Positions 44,946 to 59,200 of a stretch of DNA of 64,000 bases are shown one piece after another. Below the pieces are notes generated by a model. That model was not told the DNA's origin. It did no database searches and saw only the letters and a list, made by a program, of their open reading frames with translations. This DNA is from Octopus vulgaris (taxonomy: Eukaryota): positions 120,590,001-120,654,000 of the forward strand of contig OX597818.1 of the NCBI GenBank assembly GCA_951406725.2, read 5' to 3'. Position numbers and translations under genes: made by a program. The first letter of the stretch is position 1. Every line of letters starts with the position of its first letter.

Positions 44946-46069
44946 AGATTATTATTTGTTTACCATGGTCAGTCGTTGTCTCGCCCTCCAGATATATTTC
45001 TCTCTGAATATTATCTTGGAGACACTCTGAACACCTGTCCCATACTAGGATAGAAATGACGTTTGTCAGCTTTGCACATGTCGAATATACTCCTATTCAC
45101 ACAAATATTTCTTCCCTCTAGAGAAATAAGCTTCACTGAGGAAGTCAGGTTATTGCAGCAGCACAAAATAATAAACAAAGCACGGGAAACAAGTTTAATT
45201 ACACAAGACGTAAACGTTGACCAATAAAATATGTTGCTTTAAGAAGCAACCGTACTCTTTCACTCATTACATAATACTTTGATGAAGTGGATACACATAT
45301 GCAGGCGTTATTGAAGATGTATCAATTAGTGGATGTTGGATCGGTCAGTTGATATTTGCAGACGATATGGTGCTACTTGGCTCGTCTGAAGGTGATTTTC
45401 ATCATGCACTAAATAGGTTGGACGCTGCCGAGAGCTGCAAGAGTTAAAAATAAGTACAGTGAAGAGTGAGACATTGGTCTCCTGAGAAAAGACTTTCCCA
45501 GTGTATTTTAATTTGTCTTCTCTTGCTATTTTATAAAACTTATGCTGTTTGCCATTGATTTCACAAGTAAATTATATATTACTCCAGAAACTGCCATGGG
45601 TAAATGTGTGAACGCACTAGGCAACGAACATTCAGAATATATTGAAAGTGTTAGCAGGTAAGTTGTAATGATTACATTTTTATATTAGACATACAGTATG
45701 TTGTTTCATAAATATCTTACATACATTAATGGCTATAAGTTATGATGAAACATAAAATTTATACTTACATATGTATGAGTATACATGCGCATGGCTTACA
45801 AGCATGAGACAGTGCGCTGAGCTAGAGAGTCGGGCTTTCAATCACGAGATAGTGATTTCCATTCCCGAACAAGGCTGTCTGTTGTGTTCCTGAGCAAGAT
45901 ATTTTTTTCACGCTGCTCCAGTTCACACAGCTGTAGAAATGAGATGCGACGTCACTGGTGTCAAGATGTATCGGCGTATGACATCGGTGGCGTGGAGAGG
46001 GGAGGCTGATTTGCATGGAGGAATGCTGGTCATCCATAAACAATTCTATATTTAAGAGATCAGGAATTC

Positions 46070-46700
<631 letters not shown>

Positions 46701-47752
46701 CCATAAATAACCTTGCCCGGTTAACTTTCTCGATGCAATTCCATGGTCATTCATGACCAAAGGGGTCCTTACTCTTTATACATACATAATTCATGAATAA
46801 TGAAAAAAATATAAATTACATGATCATCTTCATTAGCTTACAACAATTTCAACTACTAGAAACCATGTAACCGGAGCTAAGTGTCATTTAAACCTCATAA
46901 ATCTTCTTCAGAACGTCTTCTATGAAAGTTTCTATATTAATGAAAAGATTTTGATATTTTGATATTTAGTTACGAACATATAGGTACACATACACTTAAG
47001 TAGGTATGACAATAAATTGCTGTAACAAACTTACAAAACGGACATAAATAGATACACGTACACGAGCATGCACACGTACCTCGGTAATATATACACATGT
47101 AAAATAATACAAGATAGATAAACAATAACTTACCGAAGCGTGTGTGTGTATATGCATGCAAGTATATATGTATGCATGTATGCATGTATATGTGTATGTA
47201 AGTATGAATGCATGTCCTGTTATTTGTATTTGAATAACATTCTCCTATTTTTCCGTTCCTGTTTTCGTATACATTTGCTGCTTTCTGCCAAGGAATCTAA
47301 CACGCTTATCTCAGTTTTTCCTTGGGTTTGGTCAGACTGGAGCAATCTCGAGCATAACCAGCCGAAATTGCAAAGATAATCTTGAACTCGACTGAGGGAA
47401 GAAAACTTCGAATGACCTGTCCTTGTTTTCTTTGTATCCTCTATCTGGATGTTTTGTTATACCTTTTTGTATCACCCAACTGTCTGGATGTCCCATTTTG
47501 TGTTTTTATATATATATGTATATATATGTATGTATATATGTATGCATGTAAGTATGTATGTATGTATGTATGTATGTATGTATGTATGTATGTATTATGT
47601 ATGTATGTATGTATTATGTATGTATGCAAGCATGTATGTATGTATGTATGTATGTATGCATGCATGTATGTATGTATGTATGTATGTATGCATGCATGTA
47701 TGTATGTATATATGTATGTATGTATGTATGTATTTATGTATGTATGTATGTG

Positions 47753-47784
<32 letters not shown>

Positions 47785-49503
47785 TGTATGTATGTATGTA
47801 TGTATGTATGTATGTATGTATTAGAGGTACCGAAAAATAATACATTTCAAATAAGTATAATACGTATCGTTAATACATTTCTTCATTCAAGAGATAGTCA
47901 TCATTGTTAGCAATAACAATTAACTCACCACGAAACGAGTTTTCCTGTGGGAAAATATGAAGATTCTTTAGGAAATAAAAATGTTTATAATGCTATATTG
48001 GTATCGCCCATAATTGTGAATGTTCGAATGATCTGAATACGTGAAAGTCTAAGAAGAGTACAAGAGGTACCCACTTCTCTTCTGTATAGACTTTCTCAAC
48101 CTATTTCAGCTAATTTTGCACTGTGGACCGAGGATTAAAAAACCTCCGGGAAAAGTCAATACTTTGACGCGTGAGGAGACGGTGAGCTGGCAGAAACGTT
48201 AGCACGCCGGACGAAATGCTTAGCAGTATTTCGTCTGTCACTACGTTCTGAGTTCAAATTCCGCTGAGGTCGACTTTGCCTTTCATCCTTTCGGGATCGA
48301 TTAAATAAGTACCAGTTACGCACTGGGGTCGATGTAATCGACATAATCCCTTTGTCTGTCCTTCTTTGTCCCCTCTATGTTTAGCCCCCTGTGGGTAATA
48401 AAGAAATAAATACTTTGACGCTCGACGTCCTCAGTTGCTAAAATTACAGTGTCATTAGTGAAAACGGATGGTTTTTCTAACAGATTGATATTTATCCAAA
48501 AGTTCGAAATTTCCTTCTTTAATTTCTTTTTTAAACCACCTTTCGCATTTTCCAATACTCAAACCATCAGGATATAAAGTACCTATGTTTTCCTTTGCAC
48601 ATGATACACTGTTGCCTTTACGAGATTCGTAAAGCATGCCATGCCGAATGTGCAGCTCACTAAAGTCCTTGTCTTCCAAAACATATCAGACAGAACATAT
48701 GCACGCATATCATATAGCCACATTAATGTGCTTACTACTTTATGCTGATTGTTCGGACACTTTTTATTCGGTTCGTAAACAATCTGTGGTATGACGCCGC
48801 ACTATCGCTTAAAAAAAGGCAACGTTACTTTTCGGCAGCGCTTAACTCTTTTACTCTTTCTTTTAGCCCTCTTCACACTTGTTTCGTTCTTTCCACTTTT
48901 CTTTTCCTCGCTCACCCTCTCTCACATTTCTTGGCTTTCGCTTCATTCTCACCACTTTTCCTCCTGCTTTACCTCACTCTGTCCCTTTCCTTTCTTTTTC
49001 TCTCTTTCTCGTCCCTCCCTAATTCTTCAATCCCTCTGCCCCCTACCTCTTTCCTCTCCTTCCACGTGATCAGTGTTCTTCCAAAACTACCCTTTCTTGA
49101 TTCGACTACCATCCGTGTAGCATCCTCTTATATTCCTTCCCATGACTTTCATCTCCTATGTTCCCATTGTAACACGCCAGCTTAATTTAATTCGTCCTTA
49201 GTCGAAAGAGATCTGTTGTTTGTATTTGTAATTATGTACCATTACTCAATTTTTTCGTCTTTGATTTCGTATACATTCGCTTGCTTTCTTTCAAAGGATC
49301 TAGTGCTCTTATCTTAGAACTTTCTTGGGACTGGCCAGATTGGAACGGTCTTGTGCGTAACCGGCGAAACTGCAACGATGATCTGGAACTCGACTGATGA
49401 TAAAAATCTCCGAATAACCCGTCCTTGTTTTTGCCTGTTCTTTTCTGTATCTTCTGCCTGGATGTTTTCTTGTTGCCTATTACGGCTTTGTTCCATATTT
49501 TGT

Positions 49504-49574
<71 letters not shown>

Positions 49575-49625
49575 GGTCGTGGTGGTGGTGGTGTTATTGT
49601 TGTTGTTGTTATTATTATTATATTT

Positions 49626-49677
<52 letters not shown>

Positions 49678-50319
49678 AAAAAAGGTTTGAAAATGCAATT
49701 TAAACGATGTTTATTTACTTAACCGGTTTCACTCTTTGGTAAAAGATTGTCAAAAGTTACATTTAAGGAAACATTGAATAATATGGGTTCAAAAAAAGTT
49801 TTTTACATAATTGTCACAGGGATCGTCGTACAAGTTCCACTCGGGACACACATTCATCATAAAAAATAATTTCACGTGCGCATCAAAAAATTTACTCTAC
49901 GTCATAAGGTGTGAAGGATGCCACGAAGACTACATAGGGCAAACGAGCCTTACCCTCAGAGACAGAATGACAGTTCACCGACAACAACTGAGGGACCCCT
50001 CCACAAGACAGATACCACTAAGTGGACACTTAGACCTTTGTGCACACAATAAGTCCCCCAAATTCTTAGTCTTCCCACTATACCAATGCTCGGACAACAC
50101 CACAGACCAAACACGAATAAATAAGGAAAGTAATCTTATTCAAAAATACAGACCACAACTAAACATACTCTAACATACCCCCTGGAAGCACATCCAGAGC
50201 AAGCACACAGGGACGCGCGCACGCTCACAGCATATCGTGCGGGCGGGCACATGCGCGCATCGGCACGCATAGGACACACTAGCGGGCATTGACCGCACAC
50301 ATACGTGGCATGCACACGC

Positions 50320-50537
50320 ATGCATTATATATATGTAGGTGATATATGTGTGTGTGTGTGTGTGCACTGTGTGCGTGTGTGTGTATATGTGTGTGTGCGC
50401 GCGTTGTATGTGTTTGTGTGTGTGCACGTGTGTATATATGTGTGTGTGTGTGTGCACTGTGTGCGGGTGTGTGTGTATGTGTGTGTGTGTGTGTGTGTGA
50501 GCATTGTATACGTGTGTATGTATTTACATATGTATCT

Positions 50538-50585
<48 letters not shown>

Positions 50586-51078
50586 TGTGTGTGTATATGC
50601 ATGGTATGTGTGTATATGTTAGTACTTTGTTTGTGTGTATGTGCGGCATGTAGAGATATATTTGAGTGTGTACGCTATAGGTTTGTAATTTGTGTGTGTG
50701 GGGGGTGGTGAATTTTTTATATATATATGTGTGTGTGTATGTGTGTGAAAAAATATATGTATGTGCATGTATGTATGTATGTATGTGTGTATATATATAT
50801 ATATATATGTGTATATATATGTGTGTGTGTGTATGTGTGTGTGTGTATATTTATTTGCATGTTTATGTGTGTATAAACATGTACATTATTTGCATGCGCA
50901 TTGTATATATGTATATTGTATGTATGTGTATTGTATATGTACGTGTACAATTAAGTGTATATATTTGTGTGTATGTGTGCACTGTATATATGTATATTGT
51001 AGGTGTGCTATATGTGCATGAATACATGTATATGCATTGCGTGTATATATATGTATGCATTGTGTGTGTATGTATGTT

Positions 51079-51111
<33 letters not shown>

Positions 51112-51625
51112 GTATGCGTACGTGTATGTGTATGCATTGTATGTATGTGTGTTGTGTGTATATGTGGTACATCTATGTATGTGTATGTAAACACTATTTA
51201 TATGTATATGTGTATATATGTATATGCATTGTCTATATATATATATATTGTATGTATGTATTGCGTATGTATATTGCATGCATATATTGTGTATGTATAT
51301 TACTTACATGCTGTATGTGTGTATTGTATGTGTGTATATATATATGCTAGGTGTATTTGTGTGATATTTATATTATGTATGTATGTGTGCGTGTGTTGTG
51401 TGTGTGTGTGTGTATGTGTGTTATATATCTGTGTATATTATATATAGATACATGTTATATTTGTGTGCTGTGTATATATGTGATATATGTGGGTGCGTTG
51501 TGTGTGGGTGTGTGTGTTCTGTGTGTGTGTGTGTTGTCTGTATGTGGTTTGTGTTTGTATACTATGTGTGTGTGTGTGTGTGTTGTTGTGTGTGTGTGTG
51601 TTTGTGTGTATATATATGTGTGTGA
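50320..51625. repeat. 1.3-kb degenerate TG/TA low-complexity tract inside the PLE
   Basis: Seen directly. Confidence 0.9.
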
Positions 51626-51980
51626 CAAACAGACGCTGTCTGACCAGCAGGCACGGACACATCTATTCACACCCGCATACTAACCTCCTGATAACCCCAA
51701 AATCATTCATGCATAAAGGGGAAGTATACACCACATTGGCTACTTCTGTTCTCTCAGTTCAGCCTTTCTGCTAATACTAACAGGTCAGTAAAAACATACT
51801 TAAAATATTCTGAGATGGACAAAAAATCCATTTTAATTTTTGCTGTCAAAACGCTGTATATATATACCAAAGATTGTATATATATACATGTAATGTGACA
51901 ATTTGCGACAACCAATAATTAACGCAACCAATTCCCAATAATATATTTGTTTTATCCTTTTCTGCCAAATTTTCCCAAAT

Positions 51981-52205
51981 AATGTGACAATTATGTATAG
52001 AAAAACATTTTTGAATTCATAATATCCAATGTGACAATTATGTAAAAAACTTTTTTGAATGCATAATATTCAATGTGACAATTATGTAAAAAACTTTTTT
52101 GAACCCATAATATCCAATGTGACAATTATGTAAAAAACTTTTTTGAATGCATAATATTCAATGTGACAATTATGTAAAAAACTTTTTTTGAACCCATATT
52201 ATTCA
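51981..52205 (+). repeat. About 44-bp minisatellite, about 5 copies
   Basis: AATGTGACAATTATGTAAAAAACTTTTTTGAA...ATAATAT repeated. Confidence 0.85.
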
Positions 52206-52222
52206 ATGTTTCCTTAAATGTA

Positions 52223-52263
52223 ACTTTTGACAATCTTTTACCAAAGAGTGAAACCGGTTAAGT
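52223..52263 (+). ncRNA. Variant hammerhead motif (U3-A8 core); mirror at 49717-49757 (-)
   Basis: ACTT-TTGACAA-TCTTT..AAAGA-GT-GAAA-CCG-GTT-AAGT in the PLE terminal repeat. Confidence 0.55.
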
Positions 52264-52340
52264 AAATAAACATCGTTTAAATTGCATTTTCAAACCTTTT
52301 TTCTTATATAATCCCACTCGTGCGATACCCCACAACTCAA

Positions 52341-52391
<51 letters not shown>

Positions 52392-52595
52392 CAGTAGAAA
52401 AATGAAATATGTTCTTATGGATAATTCGTTTAACCGATACATGGGTAGCAAATTCACATCAGAAATAACACGGTTGAAGTTAAGTGCCTAGGGCAGAGAC
52501 TACGTGTTTTCGTGTGGAAATTTGTGTGTATTTTTCTAAAATTTATGAATAAATGAAAGAATGGAATTGAACGACAAATTAACAAATTTCCTTTA

Positions 52596-52678
52596 TTTTC
52601 GACATATGTTTCTAAGGCTGCGTATTCCTAATTGTGAAGGAATAAGAAGTACTTTATGCCGCTTTCTCATCAGGAAAA
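52596..52678 (-). ncRNA. Type I hammerhead ribozyme motif
   Basis: TTTTC-CTGATGA-long stem II-GAAA-CATAT-GTC-GAAAA; palindromic ACATATGT; GUC cleavage triplet. Confidence 0.75.
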
Positions 52679-54060
52679 ACAAGGAATTTATGTCAACATC
52701 AAGATTCACACAAACTTTTAGATGACTGCTCTCACGGAGCGCATAGCAATATTCTTTCATTTATTCATATATATATATATATATACAGACAGTCAAACAG
52801 ATAGATAAATACATAGGTACGCATACATGCACACACACATTAACATATATGTGTATGTGTGTATGTATGTCTGTGTCTGTGCGAGCGCGTATGTGCGTCC
52901 GTAATATACTTTATAATGTACTACAGCGCTAACAGTCGAATGCGACTCAAGACCCAGCATGTTTTGTCAAGTAATACCTTTATGTTCATAATTAATTTCA
53001 TTAACATTAACTAAATTAACGACAATTTGCCTAATGTTTTTAGGATAGCTGATCTAATTACTTACCAGTCAAAATCACCGTGGTTGTGGCCACAGTTTCT
53101 CTTCAATTTGCATCCTTACGGGAATGAAGCAGCTAAATGCTTGAAATACCTTCATGATTTCACGGATAAGGTATACGAATTATGTCTTATATTACTTGTA
53201 TGTTGTGATCTTTTCTACAAGTCTATCTTAGTAAACTGTGGTCTTGCTGGTACATCGCTTGCTAGACCACGTCCATCGTAACAATTCCAATATTTATTTA
53301 AGTCCAACCTTTTTCATTGATTTCTCTTTCTTAGTTATGTTTGAATTCTTTAACTAAAAGTTCACATGTACAATATAACTCAACCACATATTCATAAACC
53401 CCGGGAATTCTTTTATCACAAAATGTCTTGTTGCTTTGGTAGTAACAAGTTTGAACTCCTTGAAGAATTTAAATAAAAGTCTAAGGAAAAAAATTTACAT
53501 GAAAGAGTCCTTAATCAACCATCCGTCATTACACTCCTGGCTGGGTTCCCAAGCGTGACCAGAATGGACTATGGTTATCATCCAACCTCCTCGTTCTTGC
53601 TCTACTTTTCGGTCTCCTGCCAGTTAACTTCGCTTGAAGAATCCTTCTTGCAGTATTTTCCTGTGGCTCTCTAATCCCATATTCGTAGAGCTAGAGCTGC
53701 GATTTCAGCTTGGAGAATTTCCCTGGCCTCCGAGCTCCGCATTGTGTCAAGTAACGTTATTCCAGAGTCCCTTGGACGTACCTCATTTCGGCTGCTTCTC
53801 TTTACGATCGTACTCCTTCGGTCATTACCCATCATTCATTTCCAAAGGTGACGGCAGACAGGAAACTGAAATGAAGACAGCGAGTCTGGCTTTTTTTTTA
53901 CCAAATTCTCTTCTGAGCATGGAATACCGGAGCAGGTATTACTGAGCCAACGACTGCAATTCTAGCATCGAATTCAACGTCATGCTTCCCATCACTCGTG
54001 AACGTGCATATGTTTGTATGTGTATGTGTGTATGTGTGTGTGTGAAAGAGAGAGAGAGAC

Positions 54061-54093
<33 letters not shown>

Positions 54094-54419
54094 GGGACGG
54101 ACAGACAGACAGTGAGTGAGGGCACGTGACTTAGGGTTAGCAAGGCACTTTTTTTCGCGTTTCTCCAGTCGACTTAGCTGGCAAAAATGTGTTGTACCTG
54201 TATTTCACAGAGCCAGCCTAGTCACACTCTGTGTCAAGCTGAATCTCCCTAAGCACTTCTAATGGGACGTGTGTCTGTGAAGTGCCCAGCCACTTGCTCC
54301 TTAATTTCACTAGCAGGCTGTTCCGTTGATCAGATCAATAGGAACATTCGTCGTCGTAATCGACGGAACACTAGTGTGTGTGTGTATGTATGTATGTATG
54401 TATGTATTATTATTATTAC

Positions 54420-54450
<31 letters not shown>

Positions 54451-54994
54451 GAGTGAGAGAGTAGCGCATGCCATCAAAGTGACACTGGGGTAAAATATAC
54501 AGAGCCCAGTATACCCATCATGACTACCTGTTTGATAAGGGTACACCAGGCACATGCATCACAAACATATGTGCGCGACATGGTGATCTCATATCAAGAT
54601 AAACAGCACATGACCTTGCAGGTGGGGCCCAGTTAGAATTTTCTTAAGTCGAGTAGCCAATCTCGCTCAAAAAGTCCCTGAATGAGGATTGTGTAAGGAT
54701 GTTGAACGAACAACCCATGTTTCCAAAGGTGAATTATCCAAACCTCCAAGAATTCCTTTCAACACACGGCTATGATGTTCCCCACTACTCCTGCTCGTGA
54801 TCAGAGATGCACATATCGTCAGCCACTAAGGGACATGCTCAACTGGTTAAGGTCAAACAACTGACAAGCAAATCTATGGTATTGAGCAGAATATTTGCTG
54901 TAGCCCATCTTTTATACCAAGACAAAACAACGTACATGATAACACTTCCAATCAGTTAAGATCAGAAGCCATGAGACCCACTGCATGGTACTGC

Positions 54995-55147
<153 letters not shown>

Positions 55148-55151
55148 CATT

Positions 55152-55240
<89 letters not shown>

Positions 55241-55269
55241 CATTATTATTATTATTATTATTATTATTG

Positions 55270-55665
55270 TCCTTGCACAGCTTCTAATGTTGGAGATGTA
55301 CTACGCTCTCAGCTGTTCACTTCCAGTGAACTAAGGTAACACCCCTTATTTTTCGAGCTCCATCCGGAGTATTCGAGTGGTTCCAAGCAGCGCTGTTTTC
55401 TGCAAGTGCTCCACCCTTATTGCAGCCGCTATTTGTTCTGTGTTCTTCTCAAGATTTTTACTCACTGTTCCCAGGGCTCTGACAATTATTGGTACTACTA
55501 CCACTTTTTTCATCGACCACAACTGCTTAACCTCCCAAGCTAACCTGTTATATCTATCGACTTCTCTTTCTTCCTTATCGCATACTTTATTGAGAGCTGG
55601 GTATGCTACATCTTTGATCCAGCATCGTTTGCTTTTTTCTCAATTAACACTATGTCTAGTTTCCA
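55270..55665 (-). mobile_element. 3' fragment of a third REL-type LINE family
   Basis: Minus-strand translation resembles the REL C-terminus (VVPIIV.ALGTV...LQKTALLGT); flanked by (ATT)n. Confidence 0.6.
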
Positions 55666-55668
55666 TTA

Positions 55669-55719
<51 letters not shown>

Positions 55720-56192
55720 CATCATCATCATCATCATACGCTTGAATTTTGCTTTTGTATTTGTACAAGTTGGCTCCAAGTCTCACCCAGAGACCTCAAG
55801 AGACAATAAGTTAGAAGTTCATGATGGTGTTATGCCTAGGGCGTCATATAGTTGGTTTTGCACATAGCACTAATCTAGAGAATGTTTAAGAAAACATAAG
55901 AAACTTTAATTTGTTTTCAAAATTGATATGTCGCTCCAATCTAGTCAGCTGGCAAAAATGAATTACACCTGCATTTTAAAGGTCCAGCTTTGTCCTGTAT
56001 CATATTAAATCTCCCTGAGAACTACATTAAGTACACACACACACACGTAACTTTCAATCGGCAGAACAATAAGTTCTGCCGCGATTGAAAGTTGTGTGTG
56101 CGTGTGTGTGTGCGTGCGTATGAGAGAAAGAGAGAGAAAGAAAGAGAGAGAGAGTGTGTGCGTGCGTATGAGAGAGAGAGGGAGAGAAAGAA

Positions 56193-56261
<69 letters not shown>

Positions 56262-59200
56262 TGACAGCTTTCAATAAAATTTATTCTTGTAGAATCATAT
56301 TCAACACATTCAAGTACATTCAACGGATGTGAGCAAACCTTCCGCTGCGGAAATAATCCCGGAAGATATTTCTTCTCCAAGATCTATGTTCAGACACTGG
56401 GTTGTAAATGACGCCACTTGATCGTAGGGGGCTAGGGTTTCTGTTCCCTTTCGCATCGTCAGCTACGAAAAGCAAATCTGTCATTCACAGATATAAACGA
56501 CAGTATTCCACACAATTTGTTAAACTTAGAAAAGAAGACACTTACCCAAACTGTCGTGCAGTGGGATCGATCCCTGAAACACACGGTCGTCAAATAAACA
56601 TAACCCTAAACATGCTTCGGGTAGTTGGGACTCGATAGCTTGGCTGGCAGCCCAACTAGGAGAGGGAAACTCCGATTTCAAACCTTCGCTGCCTTGCGGC
56701 AGAACCCCCTACTGTGGAAGACTAAGGAGTAAACCCCGACAGAAAATCCGGAGCCGGAGTCCCTAAGGCGGCCTGACACAACACGCCATCACCGGCAACT
56801 CCTGCGACGCATCTGGTACCAAGCTGTATCGTTCCGTCGTTCCCTTGGAGCTACCAGCTGCGTGGAGAGGAGGGGATCAAACTGCATGGGCAATAGCTGA
56901 TCCCTCATATAAACCTGCCCAGGCCTTGTAGCTCAACGAAGAGGACAGTATCGTAAGATCCTGACACAACACAGGAAGGGACAGTTACCGGTGATAAGCT
57001 CAGCTCTCATTCCCTTTCACTTGCAACAGATGTGGTAGAGACTGCCACACGATGATTGGTCTGCACAGCCACACCAGGAAGTGCAGATAAACCCACCTCC
57101 TTTTCCGAGCTACACCATCGTCTCTCGAGACGGACAGATGCCGCCGCCGACGACGACGACGACGAAACATACATACGCCTGTGCATCTTTAATTTTCTCT
57201 TTGCTATTTATTCATCATTGTCCCAATTTGTTTCAATTGTTATAGGTGATTGAAGAACGCAGTGCACTCTATCTAAAAGACTCGAAGGAAAAAACTGATA
57301 ATGAAGAGGGAGACACACAGAGAAAGAAAATGGCTTTTTTAGATACGCTCCTTGATCATTTACACAAAGGGGAAATAGACAAAAAGTCATTGAGAGAAGT
57401 AGACACATTTATGTTCGAGGTGAGTTTATTGATATACATTGATATTTATTAAAATGCTATCTGAAAGTTTTCAAGGCTATAAATCTCTTTTACTCTTTTA
57501 ATTGGTTCAGTCATTTGACTGCGGCCATGCTGGAGCACCGCCTTTAATCGAGCAACTCGACCCCGTGACTTATTCCTTTGTAAGCCCAGTACTTATTCTA
57601 TCGGTCTCTTTTGCCGAACCGCTATGTGACTGGGACGTAAACACACCAGCATCGGTTGTCAAGCAATGCTAAGGGGACAAACACAGACACAAACACACAC
57701 ACATATATATATATACATATATACGACGGGCTTCTTTCAGTTTCCGTCTACCAAATCCACTCACAAGGCTTTGGTCGGTCCGAGGCTATAGTGGAAGAGA
57801 CTTGCCCAAGGTGCCACGCAGTGGAACTGAACCCGGAACCATGTGTTGGTAAACAAGCTACTTACCACACAGCCACTATCTTCAGTTTATAAGTGGAATC
57901 TGTCACCGACAATTCAGTATACATTATGTCTGTATTTACATATATCAATGTCCAGGTAGATAAGATCGTTATTATCCTTAATCTAAGTATAAGTATCAGG
58001 TCGACCAAATGTATGGAGGCACAATCATTTGTTTATCAGACTACGGTTTGAAATATGTCCGTAATAATTCATACATTGAATTTATTATTGTATTAAAATC
58101 TTTTGTCAATTTAACTGGAGTATATTTATCAGTAATTCTGATAAACTTACAACAAAATCATTCCGTTCTAGTGATAGTTTAAAGAACAAAGAAATCGTCA
58201 CATCATATACAAAGACAAACATATTAACATGACAGGAACTCACACATCAGAGAATAATTTTGTGAGAATACGGCAAAGCATAAAAACCTCTTATCTCTTC
58301 TCGTTATTTTCCGATTGCTATAGTAAGGGGTTTCTGACCATCAGCCATATATACCAAGACCCATTGCCTTTCACGATGGAAAAGAAGCAAATGGCTCTTT
58401 GATCTTAATTGACATATTTAATTAAGACATTTCCCTTCATAAGGCAGCGACCTTATGCCAAGATGCTTGGCAGTATTTCGTCCGTCTTTATGTTCTGAGT
58501 ATAAATTCTGCTGAAGTCAACTTGCCTTTCATCTTTTCGGGGTCGAGGAAATAGGTACCAGTGAAGTACTAGGGTCGATATAATCGACAAGCCCCCACCT
58601 CAAACCCAAACCCTAAATTCAGGCCTTGTGCCTATAGTAGAAAGGATTATTGACAACACACTCCTATCTATTCGGTAAATTGTTGGTCGTTAGACAGAAC
58701 TTGGTCGTCCAGCGCTAGAGAAATATCCCCCGAGCGAATCTGGCCAAGCCATGTCTGGCATATCCAGGCACTTCATTGCCACAGACAGGACGAATATTTC
58801 TTGCAGCTTCTATTACTTAAGAGCCCCTTTTGCAGTCACACAACGTGCAGTGTCTGATATGGCTCTGATCTAAACTCACTTTTAAAAGGTTAAAATCAAT
58901 ATGCATTTAGCCTCAATCTACAAAGAGAGAAGCATTAATGTAAAACTTAATGCCCATTTTATCATATATATTGAAAAAATACCCTGAGTGATCAGGTCAA
59001 AAATGTAACAGGGAATTCTTTCCAACCTGATACAAGCAAACGTCCGAATTACTGTCGCCTTCCCTGACTCTTCATGTTAACGTTTTTCCCCTCATTTGTG
59101 TCTCACCTGCGTGTTTCAATTGGATTAGAACATTCTTTATACTGAGGCATCAATTACGAGTGATTCCTACTGGATTAAGAAAACATATTAGATACTTTTA

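Larger units (their letters stand above)
49670..52330 (+). mobile_element. Penelope-like element remnant: GIY-YIG endonuclease fragment (49811-50173), long CA/TA-rich tract, 3' terminal repeat with inverted copy at 5' end
   Basis: LLYVIRC..C.EDYIGQT..LRDRMTVH (GIY-YIG). 49670-49818 is the reverse complement of 52162-52310. Inserted in (TA)n and absent from the left arm. Confidence 0.85.

Noticed and set aside
49350-49430. CTGATGA...CGAAT..GTC in a repeat family (also 12965-13030, 15035-15100, 47360-47425)
   Set aside because: No convincing stem I or II pairing and GAAT instead of GAAA, so not called a hammerhead, though the family consensus deserves a check.
51981-52205. CRISPR-like array
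   Set aside because: Units are contiguous tandem repeats without unique spacers, in a eukaryotic context.
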